DNA of 64,000 nucleotides from Phaeosaccion multiseriatum (lineage: Eukaryota > Protista > Ochrophyta, other classes): assembly GCA_965112735.1 (NCBI GenBank), contig OZ218954.1:1612001-1676000 (forward strand), given 5' to 3'. The notes under the pieces were generated by a model. The model was not told the origin of the DNA. It ran no database searches and worked only from the letters and a program-made list of their open reading frames with translations. The position numbers were made by a program, and so were the translations under genes. How positions within the stretch are numbered: position 1 is the first letter of the stretch; the number at the start of each line of letters is the position of its first letter. Shown here in pieces: positions 49,501 through 61,251 of this stretch.

Positions 49501-50837
49501 CCCGCGCTCGACTCGCGCTCATCATCGCGCCTCTGGCTACCTACCACTTGGCTCACTCTTTTGCTTCTTTGCCTCTCTCTGCCCCCCTCATCTCTTCAAC
49601 TCGCGCTGCGGGTTAACTTGCTTCGGGTGCATTGGACTGGCGGCTTGGCTGATTGGCTGATTGGCTGATTGGCTGATTGGCTGATTGGCTGATTGGCTGA
49701 TTGCTACGCCACACACATGCACGCCCACACGCACGCACGCCCCCATGCACAGCCTGCTCCATGCACTACGTCGGTATGTTCGCCGTGTCCTACACCTGCG
49801 ATGCCTCCGGGGAGGGTTGGCTGTACAACTCCTTCCTCTGGGAGGGAGGTATGGAATTTGACTTTGTCCTGGTCACACTCTCGCTCAACATGGCCATTGC
49901 GGCCATTCTAAGTGTGGCCATTGATCTCCGGCGCAACTTTCTCGGCCTGTCCGATACGAACTTTCAAACTGTGGCTGCCAAAATGCGTTCGCACCAAGCC
50001 TCCGCGAACCCTTCCAGCCCCCGGCTTCAGCAGATGGCGAAGCATGTGGTGGTGCTTGGGGCCAATTTGAGGTCTTGGAGCGCTGCGGCGAAGGCTGCCA
50101 CAGAGCAACTGCGAAGGGGGAGCAAGTCAAAGGTTGTGCCTTGTTGCACGGAGGAGGCGGAGGAGGAGGGGCGGGGGCAAGAGGGAGTTCAACAAGAACA
50201 ACAACAAGAAGAACAAGGAGGAGGAGGAGGAGGAGAAGAAGGAGGAGGAGGAGGAGGAGGAGGAGGAGGAGGAGGAGGAGGAGGAGGAGGAGGAGGAGGA
50301 GGAGGAGGAGGAGGAGGAGGAGGAGGAGGAGGAGGAGGAGGAGGAGGAGGAGGAGGAGGAGGAGGAGGAGGAGGAGGAGGAGGAGGAGGAGGAGGAGGAG
50401 GAGGAGGAGGAGGAGGAGGAGGAGGAGGAGGAGGAGGAGGAGGAGGAGGAGGAGGAGGAGGAGGAGGAGGAGGAGGAGGAGGAGGAGGAGGAGGAGGAGG
50501 AGGAGGAGGAGGAGGAGGAGGAGGAGGAGGAGGAGGAGGAGGAGGAGGAGGAGGAGGAGGAGGAGGAGGAGGAGGAGGAGGAGGAGGAGGAGGAGGAGGA
50601 GGAGGAGGAGGAGGAGGAGGAGGAGGAGGAGGAGGAGGAGGAGGAGGAGGAGGAGGAGGAGGAGGAGGAGGAGGAGGAGGAGGAGGAGGAGGAGGAGGAG
50701 GAGGAGGAGGAGGAGGAGGAGGAGAGGGAGGGGCGAATATAGAAGAGCCATCACGGGAAGGCGAAGGGGAAAAAACGAAAAATACGTCACTCATGACGGC
50801 CAATGAGAGTCTCCCCATGCCCTTGTGCGGAGAATGA
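46568..50837 (+). CDS. stand-alone MHYT-domain integral membrane sensor protein (7 exons)
   Basis: Exons 46568-46657, 46813-46960, 47256-47431, 47651-47713, 48653-48737, 49106-49286 and 49753-50837 join in frame. Three MHYT-type repeats IWAMHFLGMNAL, VLVMHFSGMASM and ACSMHYVGMFAV, each with flanking helices (EIVLSYVVVVYGA, WITLFSLVACCV, YSIVALSVVIALVVA). Confidence 0.88.
47714..48464 (+). repeat. (GAGT)n array beginning at the splice donor of MHYT intron 4
   Basis: The intron starts GTGAGTGAGTGAGT... and continues ~750 bp. Confidence 0.97.
50217..50723 (+). repeat. (GGA)n trinucleotide expansion, ~161 uninterrupted units (50241-50723), in frame as poly-Gly
   Basis: Visible array inside the last MHYT exon. 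Confidence 0.95.
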
Positions 50838-50869
50838 CTTGGAGCTCGAGTCCTGCGGTCACTGTACCG

Positions 50870-50912
50870 CACATACACGCAAACGCACACGCCAATACAC
50901 ACGCGCAAACAC

Positions 50913-50994
<82 letters not shown>

Positions 50995-51091
50995 ACACAT
51001 ACACACACACATTCACACGCACACACACACGCACACACACACACACACATTCACACGCACACACACACGCACACACACATACACACACACA

Positions 51092-51154
<63 letters not shown>

Positions 51155-51172
51155 ACACACATGCATGCACAC
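50870..51172. repeat. (CA)n array 3' of the MHYT gene
   Basis: Visible array. Confidence 0.95.
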
Positions 51173-51732
51173 GCTGACTGAGTCAGCTGTTGGTTGTAAC
51201 CTCCTACCCTGGGTTAAATCTACGTGAGGAGAGGGGGGAGAGGTCAACACATACCAAAAGTAGGCAAAGCCTTGCACATTTTTTTAATAAAAAAAAAAAA
51301 AAAAAAAAAGTATGATTGCCTTTATATACACACTCTTGTCTGTGCGCGATTGTCGTTCTTTCGCAAGTCTGCGGTCAGGCGATCCCCTACCGACTCGACA
51401 CGGGGCGTCCGCCAAGCCGGCGGGTCCCTCAGTGGAACCGCTCCTTGCTCCTGCCCCTCTCACCCTGCGCGCTTCACCAGCACTGGCCAACACGCGTCTT
51501 CTTTATCTTCTCCTCAATAATTCTGCCCACCAATCGTCCCTTCTCTCTCTATCTGTCTGCCCCTGAAGCATATACATCCACGTGCAAAGGGAGCAAGGAG
51601 AGGTGGAGTGCGCGACGACAAACACAAGTCACCACATCTCCATCCCTCAGCACACATCATGACTGCCAATGCCAACAACTGTCATCTTGTGTCGAGGTGT
51701 GTCAGGCTCGACCGGTCCGAACGCCCCGCCTT

Positions 51733-54700
51733 TCATTCGGGCCGTGGTGCCGTGTACACCCCACGGGTGCTCTTCCATTCCATCATCTCCTCCTCCGATC
51801 GCAACAACACGGATGGCTCCTCAGCCTCCCTCACCGCAGCCGCCTCCTCCCTTGGGTCGAATTCATTGGCTTCCTCGCCCCCCTTGCTGCCCTCCTCTGC
51901 TGGCGGTGAGTTCGGCTGGCGCAATGCCTGTGCTGCCTCCTTTCCGTCACCATCACCACTATCATCACCACCATCACCTTGCTCTTCGCTCGGGGTGTGC
52001 GACTGACTGGCAAAACGCATGGAGAGCTTCCTCCTGCCCGCTCCACTCTTGGCGAGATACGTGTCAAACACCTCAAGCACTTCCTTCCTCGTCAACGCCT
52101 TGTACGAAGCGGCCTTGCGATACCGTCGCGTAAAGTCGTAGGTACGGGAGGAGATGGCACCCCACAGGCGATTGCCCTCGTTGGCCAGGCTGTCCGAGGG
52201 CTGCAGGAGACTATTGATGAGAGTGCCCACGTTCTTCTGGAAGTCCTCCTCCTCGAGGCTGGCGAGCTCCTCCCGGAAGGTGAGCAGCCAGGCTTCGATT
52301 CGATTGTCCAAATAGACTTTGGAGTAGAGTACACGGCGGCGGAGAAATGTTCACAAGCGCAGCGAGAGGGGCGGGAGGGAGGGAAAGAAAGAGTTCTGGC
52401 GTCACAAATGGAAAAAAAAGGGGGGGAGCATTACCCCTTTGAAGCCGCCAATGGCGTCCGGAAATAAGCTTGGTCAGCTTCTCCGATGCCCACCCCCCTC
52501 TCCTCTTCTCTCCACTCCTTGACTCTTCTCCCCGCTTCCCTCCTTTCCTCACCCCTCCTTCCTCCCCCTCTTGTCTCCTTTCCTCGCCTATCCTTTCCTC
52601 TCTGCCTCTCTCCTCTCCTCTCCTCTCCTGCCTCCTCTTCTCTGCTTTACTCTTCTCTCCTTTCCTCTCGTCTTCCCCCTCCCCCCCTCCCCTCTCTTCT
52701 CTCGCTCTTACCTGGGCCGTGATTGGGGCTCTGGACGAGGACAGAGAAGCCCAAGACGCTAGCTGGGACTGGACCTCGCCTAAAGAGGGTCGAAGGAGGA
52801 GGAGAGAGAGAGAGAGAGGGGGGGGCTGGGTGTTGGTACAATGGTACCCATGCAAGAAAAGCTCTGTACTCTCCACTGACGTACTACTTCCACTGACTTA
52901 CTTCTGAAAGGCCCACACAAGATACCCGAGCTGCTCCTCCGTGCGTAATCGGTTGTGAGCTGAAGCCTGCGCCAATCTACCGATAACGTCCAGCGCTGCC
53001 TCCATCTGGAGTCCGGCGTCTCCCGGGCCGATCTGAACAAGGCGAACGGTTAGGCGGAAGAGAAGGTCAGGCATATGGTAAGGCCAATCGTCAAGAGGAG
53101 GAGGAGCGTCAAGAGGAGGAGGAGGAGGAGGAGGAGAAGGAGGAGGGGGTGGAGGAGGAGGAGGAGGAGGAGGACGACGACGAGGAGGAGGAGGAGGAGG
53201 AGGAGGAGGAGGAGGAGGAGGAGGAGGAGGAGGAGGAGGAGGAGGAGGAGGAGGAGGAGGAGGAAGAGGAGGAGGAGGAGGAGGACGAGGAGGAGGAGGA
53301 GGAGGAGGAGGAGGAGGGGGAGGAGGAGGGGGAGGAGGAGGGGGAGGAGGAGGGGGTGGAGGGGGGGAGAGAAGAAGAAGGAGGACGAGGAGGAGGAGGT
53401 GACTCGCACTCGAAGGCCCACGAACGCAAGGGGTACTGGGGTGGGGCTTTCAGACAACCAACTCACCTGTAGGTGCACCTCCGTGGCGGAGTTCTTCTCT
53501 TCGCTGGAAGGGTGCGTCATAGAGAGCACCACAGGCCCTCGTCCCGTCTCCGCATCCTCTTCCTCCGAGGCGCCGCCATTTGTGAGCGGCAACTTGATGG
53601 TGTGTCGAGTGGGCACGAGGGCCTCTGGCAGCACACGGGGAAAGGCGAGCTTTGTCTTGAGTGTGCCCACGAGCTCTTGGGCCTCCTCCTGTGGGTTGGG
53701 TTGGGTTGGGTTGGGTTGGGTTGGGTTGTGTGGCGTTGTGTTGGGTTGGGTTTCGTATTTGATGCACGCAGCCCGCACAACACAACCCGAACCACAACCA
53801 CCCGTGCAGTACGCAAACACGCACACACGCACATACACCCACACGCACGCACGCACGCACGCACGCACGCACCCCAACACGCACGCACCCACCCACCTTT
53901 CCGATATTGCCGTAACTGAACACCTCTAGACGCATCTCGTCGAGTGCCTCTTGGACGATTCTCGCCATGGGACCGGGGCTAAACCTCTCTGGAGAGTTCA
54001 CCACCTCCCAGCAGTCCTCATTGGAGAACACGTCCGCCTCCGTAGCCTGGTGGGAGGGGCGGAGCAGTATTTTTTATTTTCATATACAAACAGGAAGGAG
54101 AAGTAGAAGCAGCACAGCACCAGAAGAAGAGCAGCGGGGGTGAGAGCAGGAGCGAGGGTGGCAGCGAGAGCAGGAGGAGGCAAAAGCAAGCGCGTTAGTA
54201 AGTGTGGAGAGGTACAGGCTGCTGTCCCCTCCCTCCCTCCACCCCTCGCTCGTACCACCAACTCGCTCACCTGTCTAAAGTAGTGCGTGACCATCTCATG
54301 AGGCTGCTTCTTGTCGAACGAAGCGTAAGCTCTTCTCATGCTGTCTCCGCTGTTGGCAAAGCGCGTGAGAAGCATCTTCTCTCGAACACTGAGGTCCTTT
54401 TCGGTCTTCTCTGCGGCGACAGCGTACTCTTGGAGAAGAACGCGGATGTGCTCGAGAACCTTCTCCAGCAGGAGAGGCAGCCTGACAAAACAGTGGGAGG
54501 GATGGGTCAGGAGAGAGGGAGGGAGGGAGGGAAGAGGGTGTGCGTGTGTGGAGTGAGGAGCAGTTTGCGAGACAGGATAGCACAGAGAGAGAGAAGCAGG
54601 ACAGAGAGGCAAAGACGCATAGGAAACAGAGGGAGAGAGTCAGAGAGACATAAGAGTGAGTAGAGGGGAAGCAGGGCCGCCAATACCACATCGAATCCCA

Positions 54701-56030
54701 CGCACACACACACGCTCTCCCTCTCTCACAGATACACACATACACACGCTCGCACACACGCGCATACGCACACATACACACAGACGCCCACAGGCACTCA
54801 CTTGGAGTTCCAGCCAGAGACGGTGATCTGGAAACCCGTGGTGGTAACCTGGACACTATACTGCAGGCCAGCATTAGACGCGTCACTAGTGAACACGTTC
54901 AGGTCGGTCCGGAGCAGCATGGTAAACATATGTGCGAGCATGGCGCTATCAGCGTCTTGGTAGGGCACAGGAGAGGCGATCTTGGCGACCATGAGCGCCT
55001 TGGGCACACTGAAACTGCGATCCATCTTGTGCCAAACTGTTACGCCGCCTTGCTCGGCTACCACTTGGGGAGAAATGAGCAGCGCGATCTTGGCTGCCGT
55101 TGAGCCGAGGGCAAGAGACTCCCCTCCTGCGGTCTCTGCAGAGGATGGAGCGGAAGAGGGGGGGCTGCTAGCAGTGGCAGCGGCGCTGATGACGTCAGCA
55201 GGCACGTCCTGGGGGATTTGCGCGAGGAGAGCTTGGTGGTAGGCCTCCTCCTCTCTCTCGTCCCCTCCTGCATCACCAACAGCTGCATCTTTCCCTGCCG
55301 AGGCCATGATGGCGCTGCGCTCTTCGTCTGCTCTCAGAGTGAAGTCCGAGGGGATAAACGCGTTGGGCTTGGGCAGGCGGAGTTGTGCATCGTCCTGTTT
55401 TGCACTCGCCCATCGCGCCAGCAGCTCTGCCACACCACCGCACACAAGACACCACAAGGACGGAGGGAGTGGAAGGTGTCGTCGTTGGACAAAGGGGATT
55501 GCACAAGCTGTCGCCCACAGGGGAAATGGGCCTCTTATCCTCCTCCCCCCTCACCACCCCACCCGAGGCCTTGCAATATCCCTCACTAAGGTAAGAAGCC
55601 CTTCCTCCACTCCTCACCATTCCACCCCACCCCACCTTCTCGCCCTACCCTTCACCGCTCACCCTGGGGAACCCTCTCGTTTTTGTACCACGTGCCGTAG
55701 AAGGGCTCTGTTTCCCATTTCCCTGTGGTAGAGCCGTATTGTCGAACGTCACGTAAGTAGGAGGGAGGCAGACTCACAGCCATTAGAACACCCGTGAATT
55801 CACTTGAAAGAATAGTCTGATAAATGTGGCCTGTGCCTTCCTTCACCGGCGCAGCACTCTCAAAACTAACACGAAACCCGGAGGACAGGAGGACAGGAGG
55901 ACACAGACCACACAACGCGCCAGAGACCGCAGGCCAGAGGCAGCGAGAGGAAACAAAGTGGACACCGGATACATGGGTAGCAGCAGCAAACTAAAGCAGC
56001 AGCAAAGCATGACATGCATGCATGGCGCCC

Positions 56031-56063
<33 letters not shown>

Positions 56064-57285
56064 TCACACTCACCCTGGCCCATGTCCCTGTCCATCGGCG
56101 CTGGTTCCCCGTCCTTCTCCTCCTGCCGTGCCTGCTTCAGCTCTTGCTCGAGGGAAGGGGGTAGGTGCTTGGTGACCACCTGCACTTGGCAGTTGTCGGG
56201 CACCAAGTGGGACAGGGTGTCACTGAGGCGGCACCCCCATTGGTGGGCGCACGTGGGACGGAGGAGGTGTAGCAGCACGCACGTCCATACACACGTACAG
56301 AGAGAGAGGGATCAGACATATGCAGAGTGGGAGGGAGGGAGGGAGGGAGGGGAGGGACGGAGGGAGGGAGGGAGGGAGGGAGGGAGGGAGGGAGGGAGGG
56401 AGGGAGGGAGGGAGGGGTCAGGGACTTCAAAGAGGTCAGTGGCGCGAGAGAGACGAAGCGTTGCCACGTCCTGCGCCCCAGCACACACACATACACACAC
56501 AAATATACACAAGTATGTATGTATGTACACATCATGTACACGCGCTCTGAGGATGAGTAGGGGGGAGGAAGACAACACACGTGTACTCAAGTCTACTCAC
56601 GTGATAATTTCAGGGTCCCACTGAGGCCAGGAGAAGGGTCCTCGGATGGCCTCTCCAGGGGGGTAGTTGTGCAGGGTCGAGCTGAGCATGCCCGCAGTTC
56701 CGGGGGCCTTGTTCTTGGAGTAGAAGCGGAAACCAAGACGCCCCATCTCCTTCACTGGGTAGGTGGGTTGGTGAGTGGGTTTGGGTGGGTGAATCGCGAC
56801 ACGCGATACCGGCATGCCCGACATTATAACGCCAGTACAGGAGTCGTAAGTAGTACGTCGTAAGTACGTAGAAGTGTGACACACACGCACACACACACAC
56901 ACACATCTGCCCCCCCGGTCGCCCCCCCCACTTCCCTTTCTCCCCTTTCCGTCACGCCCCACAGCTCATAGCCTCAGCACGCACAGCTTCCCCGCCTCGA
57001 AACCTTCGCCCCTCTCCCCTCTCTCCTCTCCCCAAAGAGTATGTAAGAGTACGTAATACGCAGACACACGTACCGTTGTCGTAGATGTACTTCTGCGGGC
57101 CCTTCTCTTTCATGAGGGCGATGTACTGGTACACCGTTTCAATGACGGCATCGACTTGCTCCATCCCTTCCTCCGTCATGCTCAGCGTCAATCGGAAGAG
57201 GTGACAGTCTGTCATCTCAACATCGCTTCCCGTGCCCAGTCTACTGATGAGGCCCTTCCCACTGAGCATCTGCAACGAACAGCGA

Positions 57286-57321
<36 letters not shown>

Positions 57322-58693
57322 AAGCAAAGGGGGAAAGAGGGGTGGGCGAGGGTGAGAGAGGCATACACACCATCAAGACGCAGATCCCTTTCCTTCCCTT
57401 CCTTCTCCGACACTCATCTTTCTCCAGATGGGAGCAAACCAAAGCAAACATTATAGAATACCGTGCCAGTACAATGTCCACACCTCCACGTGTTATGTAG
57501 GTAACGAAATAGCCCGGTACACGGTACCAAACCAAACCAAACCAAACCAAAGACTACGTTACCTCGTGAAGGCTTCCCTCGCCCATGCCAGCCAGCACGT
57601 GCGCGATGTAAGAGAGCGGTTTGGTGAGGGTGAGCTCGTGTTGAGGCGGCAGCGGCCAAGAAAGCACCACCTCTCGTAGTTCCTTGATGGGCTCCACCCA
57701 AATCTTGTTGGCCAGGCGCGAGCTGGGGAAGGCCGGGGTGGGGTACTCGAAGGGCTCTCCTTTGTGGGTGGTCCGTAGCCCCTCGAAGGAGCGCCGCACA
57801 AACTCCTCCAGCTCCTCCACGGGTTCCTTCCCAACCACCGCCAGCTTCATCAACGGCCCACTGTAATACCTCTCGTGGAAGGCGGCAACCTCTGCTCGCA
57901 GCTGAGACACGGAGGTGCCCGGCGGCTTGAGCGTGGCCAGGTTGCCCGTTCCAAAGTTTGAGAAGGGGTGGGCGTGATCCGCGGAGTGCTTTAGTATCTG
58001 GTAGGCCCTCCAGCGGTCCTCCTGCAGATTCATGTTGTGCTCACTGTCAATGGCATTAATCTCTCGCTCGATGGCTCCCTCGGAGAAGAGCGCGGTCTTA
58101 AAGAAGGCACTGAACCTTTCCAGCCCCCCCGAGAGGTAGTCCTTGCTAATGTGGAAGTAATAACACGTGTTTTCCGATGCTGTCCACGCGTTGGAGGCGC
58201 CACCGTGCGTACTTAAGTACTTCTCGTAATCGCCCTCCACGGGGAATTCTTTCGTTCCAAGGAAAAGAAGATGCTCATGGAAGTGTGCGAGCCCGGGCAG
58301 GGTGTCCTGCATATGGCCACACCTTGTGTTCAAGCTGACTGCTGCTAACTCTGTCGTGGGGTCGCTCACGAGCATAGCCCCCAAGCCACTGTCCAGCTCT
58401 ATATACCTGTAGTCCCTATTATCCAGATCCCCCTTCGCCACTACCAGGGAACTGCCTCGCTCTCTCGCGGGTGGCTCTGCCGCTACAGGCGCTCCTGGTG
58501 CTATGTCATTGCCACTTTGCATTGAGGCAAAGAGGCGAGCTTGTCCTCGAAGGCAGGAACCTGAGGGCGCTGCTCCTCCTCTAATCCGCGCAGCAGCAGC
58601 AGGTGGCAGTGCCGCTGCCCTGACATTCATGACGAGCGACCAGCTACGCCTCACCACGCACTGCAGGAGCAGCGCCCGCATGGCAAGCAGCAT
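51733..58693 (-). CDS. IDE: insulysin / insulin-degrading enzyme-like metallopeptidase (M16A), 12 exons
   Basis: Inverted zinc motif LPGLAHFHEHLLFLGT, plus HGGASNAWT, REINAIDSEH, FGTGNLATL, EPFYGTWY, LRLPKPNAFIPSDF, VWHKMDRSFSVPKA, LRTEEQLGYLV and YLDNRIEAWL. Exons join in frame. Start taken at MLLAMRALL (possible targeting peptide). Confidence 0.93.
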
Positions 58694-60167
58694 TTTTTCC
58701 TTTTCTTGACTAATACCATCGTTCCCGCCCATACGCCTGAAAAATTTCATTAGCATAATCGTCTGCCTCTGTCTCTCTTCCTCCTCCCTCCTCCTTCCCC
58801 TCCTCCTTCTCCTCTTTTTCCTCCTCCCCATCCTTCTTCTCCTCCTCCTCCTCCTCCTGCTGCTGCCTCTATCACTGCCTCCTCTTCACTCGACAGAGGA
58901 AGTAGAGGCATGTAGATAGTCGGCATAGAGTAGCGGGAGTAGAGTAGTAGGAGCAGGGGCGGGAGATGGAGCGTGTCGGGGTGTCGGGGTCAGAGGGGCG
59001 GTGCCACAGGATGCATGCCTAACGCGATCAACACCCAAGTGGGTGACCTCATATTGTGTAAGAGTATGTGCGTAAGGGCAGTCTGGTATACCCTATGTAT
59101 ACTCAGTGGGTTGGCCTCGCTTTCTTCCCTCCCACTCCTCTCTGTCTCTCCCTTACCACCTCTCTGTCCTCTCTTGGGTATGGGGCACCCTTCCTAACCT
59201 GGTGTCCGATTCGAGTAGGCCCGCTTGTCCTTGTTGCCCAGGGCGGTTCTTGCTGCCCAGGGCGGTTCCTCCTCTTCCTCCTCCTCCTCCTCCTCCTCCT
59301 CCTCCCTACCCTCTCCCAGCCCTCCTCTGTGCCCACAGAGAGATGCTACTGCTCCACTCCTCCTCGCCGAGAGGCCCCTCTAGACGAAGCCCTTCCTCCC
59401 CCACCCCTCCCTCCGAGTGAGTGAGAGAGCCCATCCACCACCAAGCCAGCGAGGAGCCCTCTCCATCACCGCCGCCACCGCCAAGCCCACAAGCCCCCAA
59501 GTGCTGGAGCAGCTCCGCATCTACCGCGGAGGAAGTCGGCGCCAACAACGCCGTAGGAGCAAAAGACGAGAGCATATTTTGCAATCAAGCCCTGCATGGA
59601 GGGAAGGAGCAATCCTGCCGTCCTGTCCAAGTGTCGCGAGGGCGTGAACCTCACTCACCATGCGAAGGGAGGAAGGAAACAATCGACTCGCCCTCGTCCC
59701 TGCGTCCGAACAAGACCAAAATCGACACACAAGTACCATACCCCCTGAGGTTGCTTGGGGGACCCCCTCCCAAGCCTCGTTACCGGCTGTGCTCGCACGG
59801 CTCAAGGGGGAGAAACTCAAAAGAGACAGAGGGGGGGGGGGAGAGAATGCAGCCAGCTACACCCTGCCAAGGTTCCACCCTCACTTTCCCTTCCCTCCCT
59901 GCCTCCTTGCGCAAGGGCTCGGATTTGGATATTCGAAGGTGTTGTTGTCCTCCCACGGTGACTTGTGGTGCCCTCCGAGGGAAGTGCGTGTCCGCAGCGC
60001 GACGAGACTCTGGCTGCAAGGCCTCCTCGACAGCTGGTGTGGTTGCCCCGCCCTAAAAGTTTCTCGGATGCCCGCCCCGTCAATCGAAACGCCCTTGGCT
60101 TTTCTGTGCGGCGCAGAGAGGAGGGGGCCTGGTGAGCGTGACCGTGCCCAGGCAGAGCTCACACGCC

Positions 60168-60896
60168 TCACATCCACTCCCCCTCGTCGCCCACTCCGTC
60201 CTCAAAGACTTCCGCGTGGATAGCCCTCGCCTGCTCCCTCCGCTCCAGGCGCTCCTCGTACCCCCTTCTCTTCTTCTTGCCTCCCACTCGGCGCACTACC
60301 CTCCCCTGCTGCTCTGGTTGCTGCTGCTGCCTCCTGTACTCCTCCTCCTGCTCCTGCTCCTGCTCCTGTTCCCACCTTCTCCTTGGGTCGGGCTGGCGCA
60401 GATCTTGCCTCAGGATCTCCCTCTCAAACTGCTCGGCAGTGATCGTCCCCATAATTGCCTGGCAGCCCCTGTTAAAGACTGAGTAGGCGCTCAGCTCAGA
60501 AGCGTCCCTGTCGCTGTCGTCGAGGCTCAGGTACACTGCGGCGATCAGAAATACGATGAAAAAAACGAGTCCAAAACCCAGAAGACTGCTCCCCACCCAC
60601 GCCAGCAAAAAGAGGCCGCATCGGAGGTAAACGAGGAGCGGGACCCTCAAGAAGGTCTGCAAGCAGGGCTGGGCGTTGGTCGACACAAAGCTGTACAACA
60701 TGACCAGGTTGGTCTGCACTGCTCGCTGAAAGTTGTAGAGCTCGCTCTTGGTGGGCAGAGAGCAGGGCTTCAGCTCGTAAGCGATCGCGCCCAAGACCGA
60801 GAGCACTCCATCTATGCGCTTCCGTCTACTCGGGGTGGTCCGGTCTCTCCTCGCTCTGCCGGCGTTCCCATCTCGGCCCGGCTGAGTTGGCGGCAT
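60168..60896 (-). CDS. SAYSD1: SAYSvFN domain-containing protein 1, single exon
   Basis: Hydrophobic hairpin GFGLVFFIVFLIAAVYLSL followed by the signature LSAYSVFNRGCQAIMGTITAEQFEREI. Confidence 0.92.
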   Translation of the reverse strand: MPPTQPGRDGNAGRARRDRTTPSRRKRIDGVLSVLGAIAYELKPCSLPTKSELYNFQRAVQTNLVMLYSFVSTNAQPCLQTFLRVPLLVYLRCGLFLLAWVGSSLLGFGLVFFIVFLIAAVYLSLDDSDRDASELSAYSVFNRGCQAIMGTITAEQFEREILRQDLRQPDPRRRWEQEQEQEQEEEYRRQQQQPEQQGRVVRRVGGKKKRRGYEERLERREQARAIHAEVFEDGVGDEGEWM

Positions 60897-61140
60897 GTCT
60901 CTTACGTTTTGTGCCTTCTCTTTCTCTCGGGTCTCTCTCGCTCGCTCTCTCCCCCGTTGTGTCGCACAAAGGGGGGAGGATGGCATTGGACGGGATAATA
61001 CATACCCCCAAGGGGGACATCGTGTCGACCCCTTTCAAAAGGCATATATCAGGGCTCCGGAATGGGGAGGTGGGGAAGGAGTACAGCAAGAGCAGCAGCG
61101 GTAGACACCGAAAGCAGCAGGAGCAGCGGACCAGCGGAGT

Positions 61141-61216
<76 letters not shown>

Positions 61217-61251
61217 GAGAGAGAGAGAGAGAAGAGAGGTGAGAAGGCGAG

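Noticed and set aside
51286-51309. AATAAA followed by an A-run suggesting a retroposed insertion
   Set aside because: No target-site duplication or recognisable retro-sequence. It lies between convergent 3' ends, where A/T runs are expected.
57554-58831. ORF-track start of IDE at 58831 (MGRRKKRRRR...)
   Set aside because: The basic run derives from a purine repeat. ATGs at 58693/58681 give a more plausible targeting-peptide-like N-terminus.
59580-59790. In-frame TGA codons as possible selenocysteine or recoding
   Set aside because: The same frame also has TAA/TAG stops, there is no redox motif or evident SECIS, and other genes here use TGA as a normal stop.
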